From: Cycas panzhihuaensis
Taxonomy: Eukaryota; Plantae; Cycadophyta
Length of the DNA stretch: 64,000 bases
Direction of reading: 5' to 3'
NCBI GenBank assembly: GCA_023213395.1
Contig: CM041465.1
Coordinates: 112,909,741 to 112,973,740 of the forward strand
The position numbers were made by a program, and so were the translations under genes. This document shows, in pieces, positions 1 to 14,100 of this stretch. Position 1 is the stretch's first letter. Each line of letters opens with the position of its first letter. The notes below the pieces were generated by a model. The model did no database searches. It saw only the letters and a list, made by a program, of their open reading frames with translations, and was not told the origin of the DNA.

Positions 1-261
1 ACAAGTTTAAGGATAATCTTAGGAAATTTCTTAATGTATATTATGGGAGAGAAATATTGGAATAATATATATTGCATTATTATAGTATTTATAATTAATA
101 TATATGCATAGGTTAGCTATCTTTACTGACATGTGAGCCAATTAGGAAGATTCTCATAGAGTTGACCCCTTACTATATATATGATGAAATTTATGTAAAG
201 TGTTTATGAATACTATAGATTACTCAAAGGTTTAATCCTATCTACTCCATTTGTTTGCTCT
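1..261 (-). pseudogene. Probable integrase fragment of older Copia-B, continuing from 7843
   Basis: Minus-strand translation resembles the (Q)NGVAER and LPxxxW..A.Y.IN integrase motifs; very decayed. Confidence 0.4.
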
Positions 262-266
262 CTTTA

Positions 267-578
267 TAAGGAAAGCATGGATCTAGGGAATAAATCACTC
301 AAATGTATACAATATCAATGAAGAATGAAAAAAAGATGAAACAAGATATGAGAGCAAAGCTTGGAGGTGAGAATGAATAATGACTCCCTCCATGAAATTT
401 TACCTTTCATTATTAAAGGTGAGAATTAGGGTTCTGATTTTTCTGCCTAATGACATAAACCTAAAATTACATCTAAATGCACATAAAGTGCATTTCACTA
501 AGAGACTAATGCTAACAATATCTCCTAAGGTCACTTAATTAATCTACATAAATGACTTTGATACATTAACCTCTTTTA
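267..578 (-). repeat. 3' LTR of Copia-A
   Basis: Aligns along its length with 7533-7837; adjacent to the PPT. Confidence 0.85.
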
Positions 579-904
579 ATCTCCCACTTAATGGTGGAAG
601 GTCATTTTGAAAAAATCTATTCTATGAGGTCTTCATTTAAGCCTCATTATTACATTAAAATTCTAAATGACACTTTTATGGAAAAACCCTTATGGAAAAT
701 AAAAAACCATGGACTTTTTATGATATATAGCCCTTTTTATAAATAAAAATGGCTAAGGTAGCTCTTTGATATAGTCTAATAGCCAAGAAGCTTAAATGTG
801 TAGCTTGATATACTAAGTCTCCATATACCATTTGGTCATCCCCTATCCCCTTTTAGGTTTTCATAGATTTTGATTTTCTAAAATTAGTACTACCCTTATC
901 TTTT

Positions 905-998
905 CATACCTATAAGGGGTTTTCATAAATAGGATAGAGTAGAGACTTACTCTTATTCATGCATGCCTATAAGGGGTTTTCATGAATAGAATAGAGTA
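905..998. repeat. Two-copy tandem repeat (57-bp period) in the Copia-A 3' UTR
   Basis: CATRCCTATAAGGGGTTTTCATRAATAGRATAGAGTA at 905 and 962. Confidence 0.8.
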
Positions 999-1067
999 TA
1001 ATGATTCTGTTACTATCTTCTTTGATCAATTAAAGATGGAGGCCCGAAGGTCAAGCTACCTTTGGAA

Positions 1068-4000
1068 CTATTCAAACTTCACATTTTGTAGTAGTTTAGT
1101 GAAGATATCGGCCACTTGATATGTTATAAGATAGTATTCTAGTTGAATTGTGTCATCATGAATAAGTTCTCTAATGCTATAAACTTTTGTACTTATATGT
1201 TTGGTACGATTATGAAATATAAGACTTTTTGCTATATAGATTGCTGATTGATTACCTACATGAAGATCAATAGAACTTATTTGGGTGATATTCAATGTTT
1301 CCAATGACTTTTGAAGCCATATTACCTCCTTATTAGTCTTAGAAGTAGCAATGTATTATGCTTTGGTAGTTGAATTAATAACTATCTTCTGTTATCTGGA
1401 TCTCCATGATATTGATGTTGTTCTAAGAAATATTACATGCCCATACATAGATCGTCCTATATATTTATCTCTTACAAAGTCTGAGTCTATGTATGCAGAA
1501 ATCTTAAATTCATTATTAGGTTCATATAATAGACCAAATTTACTAGTTATCTTTAGGTATTTTAACACTTAAACTGCAGTCTACTAGTGATTCTATTCAG
1601 GATTTATCATGAATCGTATAAGAATAATGATAGAGTATGTAATATCTAGCCTTGTAATGGTAGTCTAGATGAGACTACCTATAAGTTACCTATAGAGTGT
1701 TGTGTTTGCCTCCCTAGTATCACTAATAACTGAGAGTTTGGTATTAGGGTCCATAGGTAAAGCCATTAGTCGAGAATCTTCTAACTAAAACTTAGTTAGA
1801 AGATCGTTGATGTTTTTTTTTTGGGAGAGGAAAATTTTCCCATTATTTTGTGTTACTTAAATTCCTAAGTAATGTTTCATCAAACTAAGGTTAAACAATT
1901 TGAACATTTTTCCAAGGTCTTTTTTCAGCTATCTTATTGCCTGTTCACTGTTACCCATTACTAGCATGTCATCCACAAAGATTATGAGATAAGTGACTTT
2001 GTCCTTTAGCACTTGATGAATAATATTGCATCAATATCTTGGAAGTCACAAGCCTCATATCTAAGTTGCCTCCTTCTTTCAAACAACTTAGTAAACCAAG
2101 TATGAGGGGCTTATTTAAGGTTGTACAAGGACTTTATAAGATTGTAAGCCTTATGCTCTTGACCTTCAATCTTATATCCTTCTGGCTGAGCCATATAAAT
2201 TTCTTCTTTAAGATCCCCATTGAGAAATGCAGTCTTAATATTAAGTTAGTAGATTTTCCAACTATGTTGAGCAGCCAAGGCCACAAGAGTTCTAATTGTA
2301 GGCTACTTGGTTGTATCTACAAAGACTTTACTATAGTTGATGCCTTCCCTTTATATGAATCCTTTAGATACTAACCTCATGTTGTGTTTTTTGAAGGTAC
2401 CATCTAATTTATATTTATTTTTGAACATTCATTTATTTTAAACTACCTTTCTACCAACTGGTAGATCAATGACCTCACATGTACCATTTTTGATGAGAGA
2501 TTACTATTCTTCATTCATTACATTTCTCCAAACTATATGTTGTATAGCTTATGGGTATGAGAGGGGCTCTTCATTAAGAGTAAGGTGTAGTTCTACTAGT
2601 TCAAGCTCAGTATATAATAATTCCTATATCCTTACTCTATGGATACTTTAAGTGCTAATTTTTCCCACCTCATCTGGTCGTATATCCTTATTGAGCTAGT
2701 AGGATTCATGAGATCCTCAAGTTAGAAATGAGGTCCTTATTTCCTCAACTTCTTCGTTCTCATCTTATTCATTAAAATGATCATATTGTGAGGAGGATAT
2801 TGATATGCTTGAGGAAGATGGTCCTTCTACCACTATTTTGCCTTTATCAACTAAAGGTAAAGAGGATGATTCTTCTATAATGGATTTATCTTTGTCAACT
2901 CTATTATCTTCAAAGGATAGTGTTGGATGTGCACACATTGGTTTAGAGTTATAACTTATATCCTCTAAGGCTTTATTATTAGCTTCTAATATTTGGAGTA
3001 AGTTATGTATGCCACCCCCCCCCCCCCCCAAAATTTTGTAATCTAAATATCATATTTGATAACATTATTATAGTAGCCTAAGGGTATTTTGGAGTCCAAT
3101 CTAAGCAACCGATCCTTTGTCTCCATAAAAATAACATCTCTGGTAATAATGTTTTTTTTTTTATAAAGGTATAAAGACCTTATACCCTTTCTTGTCCATA
3201 GGGTATCCAACAAAGATGCCTTTAAGTGCCCTTGGCTGGAGTTTATTTTGATCTGCATCTAAAATGTAGGCATAACATGTAGAGCCAAAAAATTTGAAGT
3301 AGTGAATAATGGGGCTTGTCTTGACCACTTTTCATTAGGTGATTGTCCTTCCTTTGATGGGCTAATAGCATTGATATAATAAATAGCTATCCAGATGGCT
3401 TTAGGCCATAGGTAAGTAGGTACATTTTTGTATACCAATATAACTTGAGCCAAGTTCATGATTATCCTATTCATATGATCAACAACTCCATTTTGTTATG
3501 GGGTACCTTCTACTGTTATTTGATGTTTAATATCATTATCTCAAAAGTAGATTTAAAACTCATGTGAGGTATATTCACCACAATTATTAGTTTGAAGATA
3601 TTTAAGTTGACGACCTAACTATTTTTTAGTGCAGGCTTTGAATTCTTTGAATACATGGAAGGCTTCATCTTTCTTGTGTAGAAAAGCTACTCGTACTTTC
3701 CTAATAAAATCATCAATGAAAGAGATGTAATATAATTTACCCTTCAGTAAAGGAATGGGCATTGGTCCATATAGATTAGAGAGTACCAATTGTAATGGAT
3801 AGCTCGATTTCCACTAACTTTTGGAAAATGATTATCGATAAGATTTGGCAATGATAGAAGCTTCACATTTGAAGGGCTTAGAGGAGAACTTAGTAACACT
3901 TGGAAAAGTATTACAAAGATCTCTAAGTATATCGATGTGAACATGGCCCATGCCAGCATATTAAAAAGTATCTAGTAACAATGTTGGGTGGATCAAGATG

Positions 4001-5652
4001 GTGTTAAATATAAATTCTTCATTTACATAAGGGCTTTGGGAATAATAGGCTTTAGAAGATGGAGAGTCATTCAACCAAAACAGTTTACTAGTGAGATGTC
4101 CAGTCAAGATAACTCAATCAATTGGAGGATGAATGACTTAGAGAGTCTAGCCATTTATGGTTACACTCAGATTAAATCCATGAGAAATAAGTGTAGATAA
4201 GAAGAGCAAGTTTTATTTGAGATTGGGTGTATATAGGATATCAAGTAATGTAAAATCTCTTAAGCCTATGAGTTTCATGTTAATGTTACCAATTCTTTCA
4301 ACAGGTTATTATGATTTATCAACCATATGAATAACTCCCTAAATATTTGAGTTAAATATTTGATATAGACTACGATTGCACATCAGATATTGAGTTGCTC
4401 CTATGTCCATGATGCATTGTCCATTGATTGAAGCAAAACTATTTGTAATTCTAATAGGACTTAGCAATGGTAAAGGGAATTTATAAGTGATATATCCATA
4501 TCGAGCTTCAAAGTGTCTCTATGGTTGGTCAATGGTATTTGATACTAAAGATTCCTTAATTCTTTGAAAGTATGCTTGTACAAAACTTGCACCACTAAAA
4601 GAGAGGATTCTTCACAAGTTTCTTTAACATTGTGAGCTCCATGTTTTGGTTAGAACTTGGCCAACTTATAAGTGGTAATTTTATAATCTTTTATAAAGTG
4701 TTCTTTACATTTATACTAATCATACATAATAGTTTGATTACCAGTTCTTAAAGCAATATTAGTTTGGCCTAACTATCTTACTTTTCGTTGAGATGACCCT
4801 TGGATTTAAGACTATTGAGGTTGTAACTAAGGGTTTGGTTGACCTTGTGGACAACTTTCCATGTTTCTTCCTCTTTCTCTTGCTTAGTTTTTTCCTCTGC
4901 CATGAGAGGGACTTTGATTTTTTATATCATAAGATTCTTCTTCCACCTCAAAGGATACATCTAGAAGAGATTTAGAGGCTACAAAATTGGTATCAAAGGT
5001 CTTGTCAAATTCTATAAACTTCTTAGCAACTGCTTTGAAGTTGAGTGTCTTTAATGTTCCACTAGATTGAAGACTTCTAAGCAAGTTTTTATAATTAGGG
5101 ACATGTAGACATGATTAGGTCAATAATGCCCAAGTGATGTATTAGGTCTTAAAATGTTTGTCAATTACCTATTTTATTAGTCAAAGGGGATTTATTATCT
5201 CATAAGCTCGTCCCTTCTATATTTTTAATTTATTCATTTTTAGAATAAGATGAACAATTTCTAAGTCTGACTTGGTATCAAAGTTCTTCTTGAGAACTTC
5301 AAGGACCTTCCAAGTTATATCATGTTGCTCTTCATTAATTAAGTTATGCAAGGAGTGATCTATAACCAATAAAATTCTTACATGAATCTTTTTATCATCT
5401 ATCTGCCATTATTGTTTGGTTGCATCATCTGTAGGAGATATTAAAGCAATTTTACCAAAAGTAGGTGTTGTAGTTGTTGCAAGTATGATGGGTATAGGCT
5501 ACAAGTGGGCTCTTAAAAGGCCTTTATACTTTGTAGTATTTTTAACTTTAGTGTACCATAAATCCTAATTTTCTTTACCTTTTAATATATTGTTGACATT
5601 CTACTTAAATTGAGATGATATAGTGATGATGAAGAAGTAGAAGAGATGACAT
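1068..5652 (-). pseudogene. Copia-A gag-pol polyprotein, many stops and frameshifts
   Basis: RNase H motifs in ORF 1068-1304 (NQSAIYIAK..FHNRTKHI..QVADIFTK); integrase in ORF 3259-3474 (LWPKAIWIAIYYIN); RT near 1600-2500; gag near 4800-5650. Confidence 0.9.
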
Positions 5653-7532
5653 AAGTATGTACTATTAACACATGTGGCTAGTACACATAGCACAACATGG
5701 ATGTAAAAATGAATACTATAATAAGGAAGCAAGTAATAATTAAGTATATTTTTTAACAACTATGAAGAATAAGTATAAGCAATGATGTAAGAATGAGGCC
5801 TAATGTAGAGTGTGCTGATGTGTCATACCACTAACCTCTAACTTATGTCCAAATGTAGGTGAGGTTTCAATGCTTAAGGCTTCTAGTATATGATTAAGGC
5901 CTTCACCCATGATACTTAAAAACTATTTTTGGTGATAAAATCCAAGTTAAAGTGGAGCCCAAGTACTCCCAGTCCTCACTCAATTCACTAGTGAGTAGCT
6001 ATATACTTCTTCAAAGAGTCAAATGGTATGTATATATCCCACTGTTATGATAGATATTAGACTAGGTTAATTTTAATCTTATATTAAGGTTTTAGTTATT
6101 CTAGCTGGTTATTAAGATAATCTCTAAAAGGATCTTGTGGGTATATCTAATCTATTGCTTTACCAGTATTCTAATTAAGACCATACCTAGTATGAAACTC
6201 ACACCTCCCTTAGGGTCTAGACTTCAGCCAACTGTGGTCTATTTCAACCAAGGTAAGTGTGTACATAAGTCAAGAACTAGTAGTATAAATTAAACATAAT
6301 GGGTTTATTTTAGGAAATATGAAAATATATTTGCATTTATGTTACTAAAATGAATTGCTAATGTATTGATACTTGCTTTTATGTTAATGTGTGTGCACAT
6401 AAATAAATATGTAAAGATGCTAACTATAAACACTAGATTCTGCTACAATCTAACTGTTTTACTATCACAATGAGCTCTTTTGATTTTGCTATTTAAAAAA
6501 CTCCTTTTTTTTATTAAGAGAAGGGAAAAAGTAGAAAACTTAAAAATTTACTTTTAAACTTAAATTTTAACCAAGAGAGAAAGTACTAGGAAAAGCAAAA
6601 GGAATCTAAATCTTCTCTCAAAAACTTCTATATGGCCTTGCAACCATACGAAATGGATAAAATGTTTTATCTCAAAACCTCACTCTTCTAGATGATATAT
6701 CTTGCTATGGTGAGTTAAAAGATCTTTTGGCAGAACTTTTGAAAATGAGCAAAAATAACTTGAAACTCGTTGAAACCCCTATGAGACTTTCCTTGCAGAA
6801 ATCTAAATTTTGATGAAATCTTTCTCTCTGGTGTACCAAATATAATAAAACTTTATTTGTGGATTCCTTGAGGCTATATCTATTAAAACCCTTAAGAAAT
6901 TTTAATATGCATTTAAATTTTTGAGAAAATTTATCAAAAAAACTATCAGATTAGGATTGACTAAACTTCTATTTTTTTAGGCTGATCAAGGTAGAATTTG
7001 AAGATGGTGCAGAAGACAAAAATATTTGTCTTTATTGGGCATCCTTCCTTATAAATTTTTATCCAAAATAGATAAATTTTGACTTTCACCTCTCGTAGGC
7101 CCAAACAACCTTTTTCTGAATGGTTTAGGCTTATATCTACCACGTACAAGCAGCTAAACATTTTCTCTATAATGTTATAGCATATATTTTATAACTGATA
7201 ATTAATTTATGATAAAAAATCAATAAAATCTCCCTTAGTAAAATTTAAAATTAGATGTAAAGATTAATAGAAAGTTAATTTTTTCTAGGAGCCTAAAGCT
7301 AGAAAACCTTCATCTGGCTAATAACTTTGATCGTCAATGCACCTATAAATAAATAGAGGATATTAAAATATGCTATAGATGAAATACAAGCTTTACATGA
7401 TAAAAAAGCTCTCAAAATTTTGAAAATAATGAGTGCACTCTCAATACTTCATATTGAAGGTGAAGGAGAGGTGAAATAACTCCATGCAAGTGGAATGGAG
7501 TGAATAGATCTCCTTCTAGCTCTAATCGCACA

Positions 7533-7837
7533 TCAAAGAATGATATATTTAGGGAATAAATCGCTCACATGAATATAATGGTAATGGAGAATGAAAAAGA
7601 AATGAAACAAGATATGAGAGCAATGCTTAGAGGTAAGAATGAATAATGACTTCCTCCTTCACTTTTTATTATTGAGGATGAGCATTAGGGTTAAGATTTT
7701 CCTGCCTAATAACATGAACCTAAAATTACATCTGCATGCACATAAAGTGTATTTCACTAAGAGACTAATGCTAACAAGATATCCTAAGTTCACTTAATTA
7801 ATCTACACAAATGACCTTGATACATTAACCTCTTTCA
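7533..7837 (-). repeat. 5' LTR of Copia-A
   Basis: Ends TCAAAGA...TCTTTCA (decayed TG...CA inverted termini); followed by TSD CTTTA. Confidence 0.85.
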
Positions 7838-7842
7838 CTTTA

Positions 7843-9665
7843 TTCTTAAATTGCTCCCCACTTCTTTGTACCTATAGTTACTATATAAGATTTATAATAT
7901 TCATTAATTCTTAAAATATAAAATAAAGGCCTAATATCTTTCTAACCTCCTCAAAAGAATATGAAGCATATAGTTTGCAAAAATTTTTAAAAGAAACAAA
8001 AACTTAAACTATTTTCCTTATTCCACCCTCCCACACCCCCCAAAATACCTATTAAAATTGAGTCTTCATGATAGATTACATTCCATTCCACTAATATATT
8101 ATCCAAAAGGAACTAATAGGGACTCTATAGTCATAGTGCCCGAATTGATATTATATATGTACTTTTCATCAACATGGCCTATGCTACTATCAAGAGGCAC
8201 TGCATCTACTCTATTTTATGACATATCATATAGGTTATTTGGTTCCATGGCCATATCTCCCTTAACCACTTGTATAGAATTGGATTGAGTCTCTTCTCCC
8301 CCTAGAGAAGTATGTTGAGTTATGAGCTTGGTATGTTTATTCTAAATGATACATTTTCTATGTCAAAACCTAATGTTTATATCCAATTTCTTAATATATG
8401 AGACTAATATAAGATTGACCTTTAGTCTTAGGATATACAATATACTTTAGATGTAGGTATTCATATATTTGGAAATGATGATTAGAACTTCACCAATCCC
8501 TACTACCTATAGAATAAATTTTTTACCAATGGTGATAAATTCACCTATCATCTTCTTCATGTTTTTAAACCATTCTAATCTTGTATCATATGCATGTTTT
8601 CACTTGAGTCAATAATCTAGATATTATCTATATTATCTCTAATCAAGTATATTGTTATAAAGAGTTTCTCCCTCTTCTTAATGTCACTTAAAGTATAATC
8701 ACTTAAAAAAAATTACCTCAAGGACCATTATGCCTCTTATTTTATCATTGATAATGCCATTGTTATTATTGCTACTATTATTGTTATTACTATCATAATT
8801 ATTATTGTCAATATTACTACTAATATTATTAGTATTTTAAGCTTTAATAATCTATCTTTAGATGCTTAATTCTTATAAAATTCTAATATTTTCCCTATCT
8901 TTTAGAATTATCTCTCTAAACATTATGTTTTAATAGTGCAATGATTCTCTTAGAGATGATGGGTTGTTTACCATTGGACTTAGTCAGTAATCCGTATGTT
9001 GATTCTCTAATAATATCTTTAACACTCTATTCATATAAATTTAACAATCCTTACAACTCATTTAATGTTAACTTATTAAGTTTTGACTAAAAATTAGATT
9101 AGTAATAAATGTTTTATATGAATATGGTATAGATCTAGTTACCATAGAGGCCAACTTTAAGTCTTCCAATGGTTTCTCTATAGAACTCAATTAATCATTG
9201 ATCATTTTCATCTCTTATAGGTAATTAATCATGGCTCTACTTAACTTTAGGTTGTACAATTGGTTTCTCTATACTATTATTTGTTCATCTTCCTTTACTT
9301 CATATAGGAAAATGATTGTATCCTATGATTTTTTGGGAGTGGATGTAGTAACTACATTCATTGTCAAATTTTCTCCAACAGAAATATTGATGAAACCTAA
9401 AGTGATTCTCAATCTTGCTTTTAATTTTAACTTCTCGTCTTCATTTGTTGGTACTATGGGTTTACTTTCAATGAATTTCCATATGTCATCAATTCTTAAA
9501 ATGTTTTTTATTTAATGTTTTAAGAGGGGAAAAATTTTTACCTCTATTAATTACATATTTATGTAACCCATGATAGTATTATTTTCCATTATGCCACATG
9601 ATATCACCTTTAAATTTGATAGAAACTATCCCAAATTGATCTTGAAGTAGGAGAAACAACATGCT
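7843..9665 (-). pseudogene. Highly decayed Copia-B gag/protease/integrase start, interrupted by Copia-A
   Basis: Protease I*IIDSSENMHM..EWFKNM..VVGIGEV near 8470-8625; gag IND*LSSIEKPLEDLKLASMVTRSIPYSYKTFITNL near 9090-9205; KFKGD gag N-terminus near 9610. Confidence 0.7.
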
Positions 9666-10459
9666 AATCATAAGAAAAATATAACATAGTGTAGGTTTAA
9701 AATAAGCCTCATATGCACCATAGAAAATACTTTATTTTATTAATTATTAGTTGACTTTTAGTTTAACTTGTAGGGTACCATTAATTATCATTATCCTATA
9801 TACAAGTAGCCAAAATAATCAAGAAACATTTCTAGTTATTATGCAAGATATTGATGTATTTAACATTATTTTTAATTAGTGTTTTTATTAGCATTATAAT
9901 ATAAAATAAATGTATCTAATAGTTCATTAAAAAGTAAACTGAATTAAGATCTTGTTAGATTTGATAATTGAAAAAATAGATACTATAGTAAAGGGTTATG
10001 ACTACTTTTGTCTATTTGACTCAAAAATTTAAAAATTAAAGAGTTAGGCAACTCCCTTTTGCAAAGCACAAGAGTTATATGCCTTCCAATATGACTTGCA
10101 ATCACTTGAACTAAATGAGTAGACTTAAAAAATATTTTAGTAACAATTTAATATGTGAGAACTTAGGTTATTTATATAACCTTAAGTTTACATTTTAATT
10201 ATCTTTCTTCTTTTCTTATGTGTTTGGCATCTATATTAATGGCAAAGGTCATGAAGATTTACACTTTTAAAATAGGGATTTTTCCATTGATTTCCATCTA
10301 TAAGTAGATGTATGAGGTCTTGAGATTCTAACATCCAAATTGGTAGTCCATGTTGAATGGTGGCTAACTCCATTAAGATTTCCTCTTCAAAATAGCATAT
10401 TTTTTCTCAATTGATAAGTGAGAGTTTCATTTTTATATAAATACATCTAGTTTATAAGA

Positions 10460-11104
10460 TGCTGGGTAATATGATAACAATGGTTAGAGGCTAAAATTTT
10501 GACATGTTGGTAGTGCAAGTTCCCCCCAAACCTTCCTCGGGGGGTTCCAAGGGGGGCGCATCCCCACTTGGCCAGGGGGGTACGGGGGGCATAAATCGCA
10601 CCCCGTAAAGAGAGGGTTCAGGGGCGATAGCCCCCAACCCAAAAATTTAGCACTGAAAGTATATTAAATTGTAAAGAGAATTAGGGTCGTTCACTAAAAA
10701 AATACTCTAGATTCTATGGTCGAGATTTGTGCCTTGGATGACCCTCTCATATAGCTCGATTTAGGTTATTTTTCATTTATGTTAATGGTGTTCAATATAC
10801 TGTGAGTGGGGTAGCTAGTTGTTGTTGCTATCAGCACTCTGCTATAGGATTATATACATTTTTGCCATTCTACAATAATAAAGATTGATACCTTTCCTGT
10901 GTCGATGTTTCCCTAGTATACTGTTGGGGTTTTACCACGTTATATCATGTGTATTTGTGGTGCTTGGCTTTCTTGTTCATTTTATTATTTTATCTCTACT
11001 TTAAGAAGTTGCATGTAATTTTTAGTTTTGATTTCTGTAACTAATTATAAGAATAGCTTAGATCTTGGCGGCAGTTCAATGGTTGGGATCTTGTCTTCTC
11101 AACA
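10460..11104 (+). repeat. 5' LTR of Copia-C
   Basis: TG...CA; 10 differences (all transitions) in the first ~60 nt versus the 3' LTR. Confidence 0.95.
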
Positions 11105-11176
11105 AGTGGTATTAAAGCCACATTTATTTTTACAACGAGTTTGTAAAGGTTTTGGTGTCAGTTTTTCCTACACCAA

Positions 11177-14100
11177 ATGGTGAAACTGGTAAGTGCAAAG
11201 TTCAAGGTGGAGAAATTCAATGGCAAGAATAACTTCAAGTTGTAGAAGTTGAAAGCGTATGATCTTCTTATACAACAAGGTTTGTACAAAGCTCTTGCAA
11301 GCAAAATGAGGAAACCCATAGGGATGGACAATGATGAATGGGATGATCTACATAAAAAGGATCTTAGCACAATACGATTGTACTTGGTAGATGAAGTTCT
11401 ATTTAACATCACAGTAGAGCAAATAACAACAAGATTTTAGACATGGTTGGAAGGCCTGTATATGACCAAATCAATGACAAATTAAATCTACTTGAAGAGG
11501 TAGCTGTACTCATTATGGATGAAGGAAGGTACAAAAATTTCTAGCCATTTAAATGTTTTCAATACTCTTACTTGTCAGTTGACTAATATCGATGTCAAAA
11601 TTGAGGATGAGGACAAGATTTTTACCTTATTATGCTCATTACAAGAATCCTAGGATAATATTGTAACCTCAATTAGTTTTAGCACTATAGATGAATTAGA
11701 ATATGATTCTATTGTGAGTGTTATGTTGATGGAAGAAGTGCGGAGGAAGTCTAGTCTTGAAACCTCCACACTAGAAGCCATGACAATAAGTGGTAGAACA
11801 ATTGATAGAGGACAAAGCTCCAGGGATACATCGAGGTCAAAGTCAAAAGGCAAGAAGAGTAAGCTCAGGTATTGGCACTGTAATAAGACAGGTCACCTCA
11901 AGAAGGATTGCTTCAAAAGGAAGGAGTTCTAGAAAAAGGAAGATCCTACCAAGGAGGCTAATTGGGTGGAGTCAAATCAAGGTACAAATGATGATGTCTT
12001 GGTTGCTTGTAATGTTTCCCATTATCACCATGGTTGGTTATTAGATTCAGATACTTTGCACCACATATGTCCACACAAGAGTTGGTTCTCATCGTACCAA
12101 TCTCTTAATGGTGGTGATATGCTTATGGTAAATGAAGTTTCTTATAAGATAGTGGGCATTTGTAGTATCAAAATTAAGATGTTCGATGGTGTAGTGAGAA
12201 CATTAATAGAGGTTGGACATGTACCTAATCTGAAAAAGAATCTGATTTCCTTGGGTGAACTAGATTCAGGTGGTTTTAAGAATATAGGTCATGAAGGAGT
12301 CTTAAAGGTGTCAAAGGGTACCTTCGTTGTTATGAAATCCTTAAAGAAAGGAAACCTTTACATATTAGTGGGAAGTATAGATGTCATCCATGCATCTATA
12401 ACATCAAAGATTGTAGAAGATACAGGTCAGTTATGAAATCAAAGACTTGGGCATATGAGTGATAGAGGACATAAGGTGTTGATAAACCGTAAGTTACTTC
12501 CTAACTTATAACTTTCAGATTTGGATTTTTGTAAACATTGTATTTTTAGAAAGCAGTGTAGACTTAGGTCTAAAGTAGGGAGTCACACTAGTAAAGGCAT
12601 TCTAAATTATATACATTCAGATGTATCAAGACTAGCCCCTAAAATATCTTGTGGAGGATCATTATACTTTGTCACATTTATAGAGGATTACTCCAAAAAT
12701 GTTTAGGTCTATTTTTTGAAAAGGAAATCTAAAGTTTTTAGTGTGTGTAAGAAGTTCAAGGCTCTAGTTGAGAACAACACTAGTAAGTCAATCAAATATT
12801 TAAGAACTGATAATGGAGGTGAGTTTAACTCCTTAGAGTTTAAGAACTATTATAGAGAAGCTAGGATCGAAAGACACAAGATCACTAGCTATACTTTGAA
12901 ACAAAATGGCATTGATAAGAACATGAATAGGACACTCTGGAAAGAGCAAGAAGCATGCTAAGTAATGCTAGAGTAGAGCAAGGCTTGTGGGTAGAATATA
13001 TTCAAATAACTTACTATTTGGTAAATAAGTCACCATCCTTGTAATAGATTACAAGATTCTTGAAGATGTATGGACTAGACATCCATGTGATTATTTAAAT
13101 TTGAGAGTTTTTTATTGTGATGCTTATGCCTAGGCTAATAAAAGTAAATGTTCAAAGTTAGACCCAAAATCTAAGAGATGTATCTTTGTTGGTTATGGTG
13201 ATAAAGATGGTGTGAAGGGATACAAGTTGTGGGATCCTACTACCCATAAAATCACCATTAATAGAGATGTTGTATTTGATGAATCTCCCCTTCTAAAATT
13301 AGATAGTATAGAAGTTGAAATGAAATAGGAGCAAAAAGTTGAACATCAATAGGTCAAGTTTGAAACCCACCATCTTTGGAATCAGAAGAGCTGGAAGATC
13401 TTTCTGAAGATGAATTTGTAACAGATTCACATGAGCATGTGGACACTCCTCTCCTAAGAGTTAGAAGATCTACACAAGTTAGTTATCCACCTGATAGGTA
13501 AAACCCTTCTACTTGTATTGGTTTGGTTTCTAATGATGGTGAGCCTACATATTATCAAGAAGTAGTTGATGATATCCATAGTGAGAAATAAAAGAGGGTT
13601 ATGCAGGAAGAGATAGATGCTTTGAAGAAAAATAATTCATGGGACTTGGTAGAACTTCCACATGGCAGGAAGACAATTGGTTGCAGGTGGGTTTTTAAGA
13701 TGAAAACATATGTTGATGGAAAGGTTGACAAATATAGGCCAAGACAGGTGGCTAAATGCTTTACACAAAAAACAGGTATTGAATTTCATGAGATCTTTTC
13801 ACTAGTTATCAAACTTATTTCAATTCGAGTACTGTTAGCATTGGTAGCTTCTCTTGATTTAGAGTTGGAGTAGTTAGATGTAAAAATAACTTTTCTACAT
13901 GGAGATTTAGATGAGGAGATCTATATGGATCAACCATAAGGATATATATAGGATGACAGGAAAAGACTTGTTTGTAGGCTCAGGAAATCATTGTATTGCC
14001 TGAAGTAATCACCCAAGCAATGGTACAAGAAGTTTGATACCTTCATGGAGAGCCAAAATTTCAAAAAAAGTGAGTATGATCATTGTGTTTACTTTAAATT

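Larger units (their letters stand above)
267..7837 (-). mobile_element. Full-length Ty1/Copia LTR retrotransposon (Copia-A), degenerate
   Basis: Direct-repeat LTRs 267-578 and 7533-7837; TSD CTTTA at 262-266 and 7838-7842; PPT (rc AAGTGGGAGAT) at 579-589; decayed Met-type PBS near 7519-7530; gag-PR-INT-RT-RH order on the minus strand. Confidence 0.9.

Noticed and set aside
2039-2374. Short ORFs antisense to pol (e.g. 2039-2374, 36383-36661, 59399-59674)
   Set aside because: Shadow frames of RT, gag or integrase with no independent motifs
2765-3031. Poly-Gly ORF start
   Set aside because: Caused by a poly-C slippage run (3015-3029) in the Copia integrase-RT linker
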